NCBI GenBank assembly: GCA_043803685.1
Contig: JAZDJU010000031.1
Coordinates: forward strand, 103,970-167,969
Origin: Candidatus Omnitrophota bacterium
Lineage (GTDB): Bacteria > Omnitrophota > Omnitrophia > Omnitrophales > Aquincolibacteriaceae
Direction: 5' to 3'
Length of the DNA stretch: 64,000 bases
The notes beneath the pieces were generated by a model. It was not told the origin of the DNA. It searched no databases and was given only the letters and a program-made list of their open reading frames with translations. The translations under genes and the position numbers were made by a program. Of this stretch, positions 47,782 to 57,365 are shown piece by piece. Position 1 is the first letter of the stretch, and each line of letters opens with the position of its first letter.

Positions 47782-48512
47782 AACTCGCCCACGGCCTCGC
47801 TCATAAGAGCATCGATCTCTTTTTTGAAATACCTGCTGATCTCGACAAATTCGACCGGGTTCGCTGTCACGATATCGCTGAGCCCCAAGCTCATCTCGAT
47901 CTTATTAAGAGAGTGGTACCACTGGATCAGCGCCGGGATCTGGATCTCCAATTTTCCATGGAATTCCTTAACAAAAAGGGTGAGCCCCTTGTAGGTTTTC
48001 GAAAGATGGTAGAGGTCGAACAGATCTCGAGCCTCCTGTCGTTTCCCTTTCGTCTTGATCCTGCCTAAAGCATCTTGACCGGCGATGATCCCCGTGGCCG
48101 CATAGATCTTACGCAAATAGATATCATCGAGGGAGGCATAATCAATGCCTTCCATTCGCTTGTGCGGCTTCAGAATTTCCACAAAATCTTCCACAAAATC
48201 AAGCTTGAGGGGTTCGCCCTTGCTCAATGGAATTTCGTAACGACGCATTCTGGCAAACCCCTTTTTCCCGCTGGAATCGACCGTTTTTCTTGCTTTTTTG
48301 CGCATCTTCGTTTCAAGTAGCTCAACAGCTTTGGCGATCTCTTTTAAAGAGTAGCGCTGCGTAAAAAAATCGAGATCGTAGGATTCGCGGTGATGAAAAT
48401 ACTGGCGGGACAAAGCAGTTCCGCCGGCAAGGTAAAAGCTACCCATACCGCCTGCCAGCGCTTTCAAAGCAGCCTCCTGTCCTTCCAGGACTTCTTTCAT
48501 TTTGCTTTCCAT
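47778..48512 (-). CDS. AbiEii/AbiGii-family nucleotidyltransferase toxin
   Basis: FYLAGGTAL...HRESYDLDFF, RDLFDLY. Confidence 0.88.
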   Translation of the reverse strand: MESKMKEVLEGQEAALKALAGGMGSFYLAGGTALSRQYFHHRESYDLDFFTQRYSLKEIAKAVELLETKMRKKARKTVDSSGKKGFARMRRYEIPLSKGEPLKLDFVEDFVEILKPHKRMEGIDYASLDDIYLRKIYAATGIIAGQDALGRIKTKGKRQEARDLFDLYHLSKTYKGLTLFVKEFHGKLEIQIPALIQWYHSLNKIEMSLGLSDIVTANPVEFVEISRYFKKEIDALMSEAVGEL

Positions 48513-48815
48513 GTCTAGAATATACACCAAAAAAGTTGTATTTTCAATACTTATACATCTTTTAAGTTGTATTTTTGATGCAACTTATTTAAGTTAAACG
48601 AGTTGAAGCATTAATTATAACGGAAGATTCAACCACACAACACCGATCGAAAACATAGCGCCCTGCGTAGCATGCGCGGTGGAGGGTCCCCCGACCATGC
48701 CCTTCAACCTGCCCCCCCGCGTACCCGGTACCGCTCTCTCTTCCCTATGTTTTCCATCGGGGGCTAGCATTTTCAACTGTACGATTTTCTCGTACACTTC
48801 GATTCCTTACCATTT

Positions 48816-49184
48816 TCAAACGATCGAAAAGATCAGGATCCCGAAAGAGGCGGCGACCAGCCCGAGAAGCCGGATCACCAGGACCGGCAGTTCGCTGTAG
48901 TGAACGAGAAAAGCCTTGAGCTTCTCCAGATCACTGGCGAACACGATGATGCCGCTTAAAAGGAAAAGCACCCCCACCGCCACCGTCGCCACCGGCACCA
49001 GGCTCCCCGGCGCGCAGAGAAGAAGCGCCAGCCCGAGCAAGGACCGGACCACCCCCGCCCAGTAAATGCGCTTCCCCTCTTTCACGAAAGCGAAGATCTT
49101 TTGCGTGAACTTCGGCGAAGCAAAGATCGTGATCCCCAAACCCACAATGACCAGCCCGACCAATTTCACCAGCACGATCAACAT
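48816..49184 (-). CDS. Four-TM hypothetical membrane protein
   Basis: AAGGAGG RBS; four hydrophobic segments. Confidence 0.8.
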   Translation of the reverse strand: MLIVLVKLVGLVIVGLGITIFASPKFTQKIFAFVKEGKRIYWAGVVRSLLGLALLLCAPGSLVPVATVAVGVLFLLSGIIVFASDLEKLKAFLVHYSELPVLVIRLLGLVAASFGILIFSIV

Positions 49185-49244
49185 GAAAGACCTCCTTAGG
49201 TTCTATTCCGGAACGAAACACCGTTCGGTTTTTGCTGTCCTACT

Positions 49245-49808
49245 TTATCTCTCTATCTTTTTCCCGGAAGCTATCACTTTCACCACGGGAGATTCTGTAA
49301 TAGTTAAAGACTTCAAGGAGTTTAGCAATTCATCATAGGCAGGTGAAAAAGCGTAAATAACATCATCGATTGCCATCATGTCGGCAAGTTTTTGTTTTCG
49401 CAAAATACATTCTCTTTCATCTAGTGATATCAAGAACGATTTAGATTTCCTGTGAATATTTTTCAAAGCCAGAGCTTCCAAGTCTGCTTGTTTATAACGC
49501 TCACGTAAACTCGTCTTTAAACTTAGCGAAACAGGGCCATACTCAACAGTGTAAAGCATATAGTCATAATTAACGTTCGGAACAAATGACAGGCTTGCCT
49601 GCTTATAAAAAGGGGTAATTCCTTTGCGTTTCAAAGTCATCTCAACTAAAGCTTCAAACACATTACCATTCAAAGACTGCTCACCTTTTGGATGTTTTTC
49701 CTTATACTGGAGCCAGTGTTTCAAAATAAAAACAGACTCTGTTGCCGATGGATCCGCAAAAGGGTCGGCAACAATTTCCCGGATAACTTTTTGAGTAATA
49801 GTTGTCAT
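49245..49808 (-). CDS. Putative type II restriction endonuclease (CCGG-family-like motif)
   Basis: NGNVFE...D...SLKTSLRERYKQ; overlaps vsr. Confidence 0.7.
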   Translation of the reverse strand: MTTITQKVIREIVADPFADPSATESVFILKHWLQYKEKHPKGEQSLNGNVFEALVEMTLKRKGITPFYKQASLSFVPNVNYDYMLYTVEYGPVSLSLKTSLRERYKQADLEALALKNIHRKSKSFLISLDERECILRKQKLADMMAIDDVIYAFSPAYDELLNSLKSLTITESPVVKVIASGKKIER

Positions 49809-50245
49809 TGATGCCCCCCTGGCTTAAATTTCCTGCCATAAATAACTTTCGTCAATTTTCCAACGATAGCTTCTGGCTTTTTTTCGATTTGACATTCCCA
49901 TACAGTCAGAATTTTCCATCCTAACTTTTTAAGTTCGCTCCGTTTTTTAGCATCCCGATCGCGATTGGCCAAAAGCTTAGGCTTCCAATAGCTGCGACGA
50001 GTTGAAGGAATTCTCCCCTCCCTGCAGCGTCCATGATAGTGCCAAAAACATCCATGAACAAAAATGGCTAATTTCCTCCGGGGAAGGATAATGTCGGGCT
50101 TGCCGGGCAAGTGTTTTGAGCGAAGATGGTATCGGTATCCAAGCCTCCGGAGAATTTGGCGCATCAATATTTCAGGCTTGGTGTTCTTTCCCTTGATCCG
50201 CGACATCACCTGGCTTCGTTTTTCAGGGGACCAGATATCCACCAT
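49805..50245 (-). CDS. vsr: Very short patch repair endonuclease
   Basis: RSQVMSRIKGKNTKPE, LPGKPD, FVHGCFWH, VWEC. Confidence 0.96.
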   Translation of the reverse strand: MVDIWSPEKRSQVMSRIKGKNTKPEILMRQILRRLGYRYHLRSKHLPGKPDIILPRRKLAIFVHGCFWHYHGRCREGRIPSTRRSYWKPKLLANRDRDAKKRSELKKLGWKILTVWECQIEKKPEAIVGKLTKVIYGRKFKPGGHQ

Positions 50246-50251
50246 AAGGTT

Positions 50252-51268
50252 TCAGGCTTTGGCTGTTTTCAACTTTTGAACAATTTTTTTTGCAATAGCC
50301 TTCACAGCAGGGATAGCCACAGAGTTACCCATTTGCCTGTACATTTGCGTCCGGGAGACCGGAATAATAAAGTTTTTGTCAAACCCCATGATGGCCTTAC
50401 ACTCATTCTCTGTTAACAATCTGATTCCAGTTTCACCATCTTTAACAAATGTACCAGTCAGCCTTTGAATCTTATGGTAGGAAGCCACCAATGTCTTAAT
50501 CGGGCCCTTTGTCTTGAAATCTACAATTATTGGGCGCCCATCATTTTTTTTGAAAAGGTAGCTCTTCTGAAGATGCTTCGAAATTGAGTACCCTTTCTTT
50601 CCCTTTTCCAGAAAATTACAAATGTCTACTAATTCACCACTCTCTTCAGGAAACTCAAACTTAACATGATCACCAAACAAATCTTTCCTGAACCCAACGA
50701 TATAAATTCGCTTGCGTTGTTGCGGAACACCAAAATACTTTGAATCCAGGATATCCCAAGAAACCTTGTAGCCGATCTCATCTAAAGCAGCAATTATGAC
50801 ATCCAGTGTATTACCGTTGTTGTGAGTAACAAGTCCCTGGACATTCTCCAGTAAAAACGCCTTCGGCTTGGCACCCTTTCTCTTATCCTTGAGAATCCTC
50901 AAAACATCGTAAAAAAGTGTCCCTTGGGTTGCATGCATAAACCCCTGCCGCTGTCCAATGGAGCTGAATGGCTGGCAAGGAAAACCAGCGACCAAGAAAT
51001 CGAAATCATCTATTTGATCGGCCTTTATTTTTGTAATATCGCCATGCGGAATTTCGCCAAAGTTGGCCTCATAGGTTTTTTGGGACGACGGATCCCACTC
51101 AGAAGAAAAAATACATTTTCCTCCAACCGACTCGAAAGCTATTCTCATCCCACCAACGCCCGCAAAGAGATCTATGAATGTGAACGTTGGTTTCCTTTTT
51201 TTTGATGGGAACTCAGAAAACATTTCTTTTTGCCTTTCATCGTTTCTTTTCATGGCAGCTGTATTCAT
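50252..51268 (-). CDS. dcm: C5-cytosine DNA methyltransferase, MspI/BsuFI-like
   Basis: DLFAGVGG, GFPCQPFS, ENV, QQRKR, YRQMGNSV; TRD segment SISKHLQKSYLF...YHKIQRLTGTFV resembles M.MspI as recalled. Confidence 0.95.
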   Translation of the reverse strand: MNTAAMKRNDERQKEMFSEFPSKKRKPTFTFIDLFAGVGGMRIAFESVGGKCIFSSEWDPSSQKTYEANFGEIPHGDITKIKADQIDDFDFLVAGFPCQPFSSIGQRQGFMHATQGTLFYDVLRILKDKRKGAKPKAFLLENVQGLVTHNNGNTLDVIIAALDEIGYKVSWDILDSKYFGVPQQRKRIYIVGFRKDLFGDHVKFEFPEESGELVDICNFLEKGKKGYSISKHLQKSYLFKKNDGRPIIVDFKTKGPIKTLVASYHKIQRLTGTFVKDGETGIRLLTENECKAIMGFDKNFIIPVSRTQMYRQMGNSVAIPAVKAIAKKIVQKLKTAKA

Positions 51269-51301
51269 AAACGCAGGTCATAGCGCAGCTCTTTAAAACC
51301 G

Positions 51302-51961
51302 TCATCCGAAGAGCCAATGCTTAAGGTCTTTCTCAATGTCATGAAACGGCCTCACGATATCGCAATATTCCATGTCGCCATTTACAATATAAAGGCGATC
51401 ATAGATTGCCTCAGCAAGCTTTCGTGGCTTCTTTGGTTTTTTGCAACTGCCTATAGCATGCGAGGTTTCTGCGCATACCAAAGTGTATTTATAGTTCCTC
51501 CTCGAATACTCAAGGGCCCAAAAAAGATCCATGCTCACTCTGTCACGAAGGGAGCTCTTGCAGCTCACTAAAACACGCGGCCGGTCATTCTTAAAAATGA
51601 TGATATCAGGTTCATTTGATATTTCGATGCGATCATCGGTGCACTTTCTCACCAGCTCATACGATAGCCGCTTCTTCTCTTTCGCATCCAGATCGTAATA
51701 TGAGCTAGCAGAGATGCCCTGGTCACGGAACTCTTTCCTGGTAACAATTTCTAGAATGAATTCTATCGTGATTTTTTCGAAAGCCTTACCGCTTGTCGTT
51801 TTCCAACACTGCCCAGGATCAGACACTTTTTCCTTCTGGGCAAGCTCAAGGAATTCCTTTTTTACTTCCCGCCATATGTCCGGAAAACGTTGTCCTTCCG
51901 TCTTGTTCTTTCGAGCAACTTCATAAATCTCAATAATGTCTGAGACTTTCAATTTTGACAT
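51302..51961 (-). CDS. Putative restriction endonuclease, BsaWI-like
   Basis: W...SGKAFE, PDIII, VSCKSSLRDRV. Confidence 0.7.
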   Translation of the reverse strand: MSKLKVSDIIEIYEVARKNKTEGQRFPDIWREVKKEFLELAQKEKVSDPGQCWKTTSGKAFEKITIEFILEIVTRKEFRDQGISASSYYDLDAKEKKRLSYELVRKCTDDRIEISNEPDIIIFKNDRPRVLVSCKSSLRDRVSMDLFWALEYSRRNYKYTLVCAETSHAIGSCKKPKKPRKLAEAIYDRLYIVNGDMEYCDIVRPFHDIEKDLKHWLFG

Positions 51962-52066
51962 GGCAATCCTTTCATGATCTAAACTTGGAAATTATAACAG
52001 AGCTTTCGAGCTTCCTGAAGAAATAGCCTTCGCCCGGAAAACAGCCATAGCACAATTTCGAGAAAT

Positions 52067-52414
52067 TCATATTTCTGTGTATTTTTTAGACGAGCCCTTG
52101 GCTTTTTCGACGGGGTATTTCTGGGCGTTTTTGGCGAGTTTAATATCAATAGCTTTGGGGAGATCGATGCCGAGGTTATCGGCCAATTCAAACAGGTACA
52201 TCGCCACATCAGCCAATTCGTCTGCGATCTCGTCTTTGCAGGCTTTGCCATGAGCTTCGACTTCCCCGGGCTTCTTCCACTGGAAATGCTCGAGAACCTC
52301 CGCGGCTTCCAGCACCAGGGACAAAGCCACATCCTTGTGATTGTGGAACTGCATCCAGTCCCGCTCATCTCTGAATTTCTTGATCTTCTCAGTTAGCGCT
52401 TTGATCTCGCTCAT
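52067..52414 (-). CDS. MazG-like nucleotide pyrophosphohydrolase (dCTP pyrophosphatase type)
   Basis: FRDERDWMQFH, EAAEVLEHFQW, DELADV, KNAQKYP. Confidence 0.9.
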   Translation of the reverse strand: MSEIKALTEKIKKFRDERDWMQFHNHKDVALSLVLEAAEVLEHFQWKKPGEVEAHGKACKDEIADELADVAMYLFELADNLGIDLPKAIDIKLAKNAQKYPVEKAKGSSKKYTEI

Positions 52415-52568
52415 ATCCCTGCCCCGCTTTCGCTTTGATCCCCCCCCCATCAGTCCGCCCCCCGCTCCAACCCCGAGGGTTGGAACTACCGGCCCAAATG
52501 GCTCGACCCAACTGTGCCTTATAGCTTTTAAGCTATAAGGCCTATCCCTCTCTCAGCAACGCCACCGC

Positions 52569-52778
52569 TCAACCGATCTTGATCCGGATCTTCCGGCCAA
52601 GGGACTTGGCCACCCGCTCGAGGAACTCCACGGAAGGGTTCTGGATCCCCCGCTCAAGCCTTGAGATATTGGCCTGCCGGGTTTTGGCATGACGAGCCAG
52701 CTCCTGCTGGGTCATCCCCGCCGCAAGCCTTGCCTTCGCCAACTCTTCCCCGATCTTTCGCTGTAGGCTCATCTCCAT
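52569..52778 (-). CDS. XRE-family HTH protein
   Basis: GMTQQELA...QANISRLERG..NPS..FL. Confidence 0.85.
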   Translation of the reverse strand: MEMSLQRKIGEELAKARLAAGMTQQELARHAKTRQANISRLERGIQNPSVEFLERVAKSLGRKIRIKIG

Positions 52779-52929
52779 CCTTATAGCTTATAAGATATAA
52801 AGCCGCTTCTCAACCATCATCTTTCTCGAGGTTATATTTTAAAGCTTTACCTATACGGAATCGCCAACTAATCGCCAACCTTTCGCCAACTAATCGCCTG
52901 TCGTTCTTGGCGATTTGTTCATCTGTTCT

Positions 52930-53048
52930 TTGTCAGGTTAGTTGTAAGGTTTTTCTATTTTCAATAGTAAGGTTTTCAATGGCACTCATCCCCGCGGATC
53001 AGTACGCCAAGGCACTTCTAAGGAGGCCGTGGCCTTGGCAGTACTCAT
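52930..53048. repeat. About 119-bp direct repeat (partner 57383-57501): TTGTAAGG array plus hairpin
   Basis: Near-identical sequence at an offset of 4453 bp; partial copies at 56278-56330 and 57510-57541. Confidence 0.9.
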
Positions 53049-53211
53049 CCCTGCGGGTGGCCCTGACGGCCCCCTTCTGCTCGACCTCGACGATCCTCTG
53101 GCCGATCTTCCAATACGCTTCCACCAGAGCCTTGCGCGCGCCTTCATAGAACACGGCAATGTCCGTGACAAGTTTCCGGTAAGCGCTCGCTTCCAGTTTA
53201 CGGTCCGGCAT
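53049..53211 (-). pseudogene. Truncated DUF1016 (YhcG) N-terminal domain
   Basis: LVEAYWKIGQRIVEVEQKGAVRA then runs into the repeat hairpin. Confidence 0.65.
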
Positions 53212-53438
53212 CGGTCACCGTAGGTTGGCACCAAACCTCAGTGGTTGGGTGCGGCTTCGGCGGGAATCCGACATTCCCGCCCGATCCGGATTATACCCAA
53301 AGCCCCCTACCCGGACGAAGGAGAAAAAACTTTCGTCCCCCCGCCCCAACCTTTCACAGCGATCCATTAGGCTTCACGATTATCGCTTTATTGCATATTT
53401 ATATTGCTTTTAATAAACTTTTATATTAGTATCTTCCT

Positions 53439-54023
53439 ATGAAGAAGACAACCGCTCTGGTTAAGCCCGAACAAATAGTCGACGCCCTAGGCTTCATCCG
53501 CGGGCAACGCGTGATCCTAGACGCGGATCTGGCGAGGATCTACGGGGTTCCGTCCAAACGCTTGAATGAACAGGTCAAAAGGAATCAGGAGCGTTTCCCG
53601 GCTGATTTTGCGTTTCAGCTTTCCTCGCAGGAGCTGGAAGTTCTAAGATTACAGCGGCCGGCCGCAGAGAGCACAAAAAACTTGAAGTCGCAATTTGCGA
53701 CCTCAAGCTGGGGTGGACGACGCTACCTCCCCTACGCCTTTACGGAACACGGCGCCATTATGGCCGCGAACGTTCTTCATAGTAGCCGAGCTGTTGAAAT
53801 GAGCGTGTTCGTTGTTCGCGCTTTTGTGAAGATGCGGTCGGTGTTATCGGGTAATAAGAAGCTCGCTGAAGAATTAAAAAGGCTGGAAAAGAAGCTGACC
53901 GACCGGCTCGACGCCCACGAGCTCGCGATCATTGACGTCCTGCGCCGACTCATAAAATTATTTGAGCCCGTACCGGACGGGCCCGAGCCAAAACCCAAAG
54001 GCCCGATCGGGTTCCAGCCGTGA
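53439..54023 (+). CDS. ORF6N-domain protein
   Basis: IRGQRVILDADLARIYGV, RFPADFAF, PYAFTEHG. Confidence 0.9.
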   Translation: MKKTTALVKPEQIVDALGFIRGQRVILDADLARIYGVPSKRLNEQVKRNQERFPADFAFQLSSQELEVLRLQRPAAESTKNLKSQFATSSWGGRRYLPYAFTEHGAIMAANVLHSSRAVEMSVFVVRAFVKMRSVLSGNKKLAEELKRLEKKLTDRLDAHELAIIDVLRRLIKLFEPVPDGPEPKPKGPIGFQP

Positions 54024-54168
54024 ATCGGACACGGCCTACGCATTTATTTACACACCCTCTAGTCATGGTCATTGTGAGCAACCGAAGAGCGCGAAGTGCG
54101 CCACAAAACGTTGGACGGATCCTAGCCTTCTATGTGCAGAGTCTATCTTCCCACCCATCGACCCCTTT

Positions 54169-54212
54169 CACACCCCGGATGTTTGGGACCGGTTTCACAC
54201 ACCCGGGGTGTG
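54169..54212. repeat. CACACCCCGG-type palindromic REP-like repeats
   Basis: CACACCCCGGATG and CACACCCGGGGTGTG; another CACACCCCGGGTGTG at 58162-58176. Confidence 0.55.
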
Positions 54213-54245
54213 ATCCTTCGCTAATGTCTTGGACTTCGCGGGGCC

Positions 54246-56129
54246 TCAAGAAGCGCTGTCTGCCGCAGGGGCTTGGCCTCCGGAACTGATCTCCTTCATC
54301 CCCTGGCGAAGCAGTTCGCCGAACAATCCTCCTCCTTCTGCTTGAGTCTCTCTTCTAACCGGTTGAGACTCAGCCGGTGTTGAAGTTGAAGATGTGGAAG
54401 GCGTTGAAGCCGTATTACCCGGAGTCTCTTTTTCTCCGAATGCTTTTTTCAGAAGCCCGCCGATCGCTTCTGTCGCTTTCTGGGCCGCGATCTTGGAAGC
54501 CACCGACTGAAGGTCCGGCATGACCGTGACTTTCGGTACTTTGCCTTGTATCGCCAGAGGGATCTGGATCTCTTTCCTTTGATCCGTCAGATACTGAAGC
54601 TCTGCCACGCTTCGGATCATCGCCGCGGAAAGGTCCGGCTCGATCGAAAGAAGAGCGGCTCCCGCCACGGCGCCCTGATCCAAACCGTAGGTGCCTGAAC
54701 CCGCGATCTGAAAGGAATCTGTCGCCGCGTTAAGTCGCGGCAATTGCACCACGCGCTGCCGCGCGGAAAACGGGATCTGGATCGTTTCCAGTTTTGTATC
54801 CTTCTCTTTTAATTTATCCTGGTAATTCGCGGGTAAGCGGGAGAGAAGTTTTTCCACTAACCCGGGGATCACGGAAAGCTTTTGAAATACTTCCCGAAGG
54901 ACATTCATGTTGGTGATCACAGCCTGCTCCACGGTCACAGTCCCGTCCGCCGTGATCGTCCGCTTGATCTCGTCCGGGGTCTGGCCTACCAAGTTCCCTT
55001 GAGTCACCACCGAGAGCAGTCCTTTGGCTTGAGGACCGGCTTGCGAAGGTGCCGGAACCAGGTCTTCGATCTTGAGTTTTTCCGCTTTCACATTAAAAGC
55101 AGTCGCCGGCCTCAAGGGATCCGACATATTCACGGCTCCCTGCCCTTCCACCTTTCCTTCCGCGAGGTTGGCCGTGAATTTCTGGATCTTTATCATCGAA
55201 GCCGTCGCAAGCACCTCCGTGGAAATATTTTCGATGGGGCCTTTAAGCGACTCGAGCCTGACTTTCCCGCGGTCAAAACGGATCTGGGCGGCAGCTTCCT
55301 TCAGGCCCTTATCATCCAATTTCAGCGCATCCGCTTCAACCGTCAGCGTTCCCTCGACCGGAAAGATAATGCCCGAGGTCGCGATCGACGGGTTCATCTT
55401 GGCGAGTTCCTGAAGCTCCAGGGACATCAATCGCAGTTCCGCGCGGAATCCGTTTAGCAGAACGGTAAAATCCCTGGAGGCAACGGTCACTTTTCCTTTG
55501 AGATCCAGGTTTTGGACGGTACTAAAGACCGCCGCTTGCGCGGAAAAACCGATCGGCTCGTCTAAAGCAACGTTATCGACTGTCACGTTGATCTTGCGAA
55601 GATGGATCTCCAGGGGCTCTTTCCCGGTTGCATCCTTATAAAACAATTCTCCGTTCTGGATGCTGATCTCGTTAACGAGGAACGAAAGGGCTGCTTCGGC
55701 CCTGGGCGCGGAGACCGCTTGATCTTGTGCCGGGCCCGGTTGCTGCGTCCCGGGTTCCAGACCTTCAAACGTCCCGTCCGGCTTTTTGATAAGGCGGATG
55801 ACGGGATGGTTCAAATAAACGGTAGCGACCTGGATCTGACGCGCCAACAACGGACCCAACTTCAAAAGCGCTTTCGCGGACTCGGCTTCAACAAGCTTTT
55901 CGGAACTTTGCTTGTTCTTCAGAATGGCAAACCCCTGAAGTTCAAGAGCGACCCCCGACTGCCACCCGAGTTTGATCTTGTCGAGCCGCACAGGCTTGTT
56001 GAGGGCATTCTCGATCTGGCTCACGATCTGCGGTCTGAACTTATCCACGTCGAGCGTCATGAGAAAAACACCCGCGCCGATGAGCGCAATCAACAGCAAT
56101 GCAAAAAGAATCATAAGAAACTTTTTCAT
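54246..56129 (-). CDS. AsmA-family protein
   Basis: N-terminal membrane anchor MKKFLMIL..., beta-rich AsmA-like segments; AGGAG RBS before ATG 56129. Confidence 0.8.
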   Translation of the reverse strand: MKKFLMILFALLLIALIGAGVFLMTLDVDKFRPQIVSQIENALNKPVRLDKIKLGWQSGVALELQGFAILKNKQSSEKLVEAESAKALLKLGPLLARQIQVATVYLNHPVIRLIKKPDGTFEGLEPGTQQPGPAQDQAVSAPRAEAALSFLVNEISIQNGELFYKDATGKEPLEIHLRKINVTVDNVALDEPIGFSAQAAVFSTVQNLDLKGKVTVASRDFTVLLNGFRAELRLMSLELQELAKMNPSIATSGIIFPVEGTLTVEADALKLDDKGLKEAAAQIRFDRGKVRLESLKGPIENISTEVLATASMIKIQKFTANLAEGKVEGQGAVNMSDPLRPATAFNVKAEKLKIEDLVPAPSQAGPQAKGLLSVVTQGNLVGQTPDEIKRTITADGTVTVEQAVITNMNVLREVFQKLSVIPGLVEKLLSRLPANYQDKLKEKDTKLETIQIPFSARQRVVQLPRLNAATDSFQIAGSGTYGLDQGAVAGAALLSIEPDLSAAMIRSVAELQYLTDQRKEIQIPLAIQGKVPKVTVMPDLQSVASKIAAQKATEAIGGLLKKAFGEKETPGNTASTPSTSSTSTPAESQPVRRETQAEGGGLFGELLRQGMKEISSGGQAPAADSAS

Positions 56130-56336
56130 TTCAGGCTCCTTTAGCACATGCGCTTTAAGATGGGCCATCGCTTTGAAGACGGGAGAAATCCAGCCTGAAA
56201 GGTTTAAGATCAGGGGATCCCCCTCCGCTAAAACTACGCGGGTTGGAACTACCGGCCAAAATCGCTGGGCCACGCTGTTGTAAGTTAGTTGTAAGGTTTT
56301 TCTATTTTTGATTGTAAGGTTTTTTTCAATGCCCGT

Positions 56337-57365
56337 TTAGGCATTCCCATCCGCTTGGGCCCTTTTCACCATAAAAGCCACGGGCGGGATCATATGGACT
56401 GGCTCGATCAGGACCCCGGGGTGGCCGTTCCGGAAAACACGGAAGACCTCGTCCGCGAAACCCTGCCCGAGACCTTTGACCCTGTGAAAATCCAGGACAA
56501 TATGTTTGAATTTTTCAAGCCCGAAAAGGATCCTTTTGGCTTCCGAACGCGAGACCAGGCCCCCGCCTTTCACGCTCAAATGGACCACGACCCGTGTCTT
56601 ATGGAATTCGTAATCCTCATCGGAGTATTTTTCAAAAAGCCGGCGAAGCTCCTTGCGGGAGCGCTGTTTGAGAGAAAACTCCACCCATGTCCCCCGGAAC
56701 GGCTTACGAAGCTCTTCAAGGAACGTATCCTGCTTCCCCTCATCCATGGTTAAACTTAATTTTTGGCTCGAGAGAACGAACTTGTCGGCGATCTTAGAGG
56801 TGAAAAAGATCCCTTGCCCGGAGTGATGCTCAGGATCGGTCGTCTGTTTTCCCTTGAGCAGGTGTTCCGCCGCTTCGAAAGGGTCTTTCAGCTTGAACTT
56901 TTTCCGGACGCTTTCGAAGACCCCGACTCCCGCGTCCAGGATCTCAAAACGGATCTCTCCCGCCTCAAGCGCGATCCGGAATTCAACCTGCGGCGCTTTC
57001 GAGTGGGAGATCACGTTGTTCATCATTTCCGTAAAAGCGTAGCGGACGATCTTGAGCGCTTCCGGGGAAAGCCTCTGCTTAAGCTTCAGCCGCAGCTCCG
57101 CCTCATCGTAAACACGGTCCTCTTCGAGCCCCCGGATCTTCCGTACTCCTGAAAATGAGGATACCTTCTCTTTTTGCCCCTTGGAAAAAAGCTTGTACCG
57201 AGAGCTCAGAGTGGAGCCTTCTTTGACAAGCTTTCCCGCCCGGATCAATTCCTGAAGATGCTGATGAGCCGTCTGGCGGCTGATGGAGATCGCCCGGACA
57301 ATATCACGGGTACGGATCACCCTGAACTTACGAAGATGGGCGAGAATGAATTGTTTTGCCTTCAT
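56337..57365 (-). CDS. wHTH plus HATPase plus STAS-like (DUF4325) protein
   Basis: SRQTAHQHL, FTEMMNNVISHS, D.GVG, HSGQGIFF, LDF..V..LGQGFADEVFRVF. Confidence 0.85.
   Translation of the reverse strand: MKAKQFILAHLRKFRVIRTRDIVRAISISRQTAHQHLQELIRAGKLVKEGSTLSSRYKLFSKGQKEKVSSFSGVRKIRGLEEDRVYDEAELRLKLKQRLSPEALKIVRYAFTEMMNNVISHSKAPQVEFRIALEAGEIRFEILDAGVGVFESVRKKFKLKDPFEAAEHLLKGKQTTDPEHHSGQGIFFTSKIADKFVLSSQKLSLTMDEGKQDTFLEELRKPFRGTWVEFSLKQRSRKELRRLFEKYSDEDYEFHKTRVVVHLSVKGGGLVSRSEAKRILFGLEKFKHIVLDFHRVKGLGQGFADEVFRVFRNGHPGVLIEPVHMIPPVAFMVKRAQADGNA

Noticed and set aside
48615..48797. 60-aa ORF upstream of the AbiEii gene
   Set aside because: No recognisable motif; weak similarity to the 37-bp duplication is too short to call.
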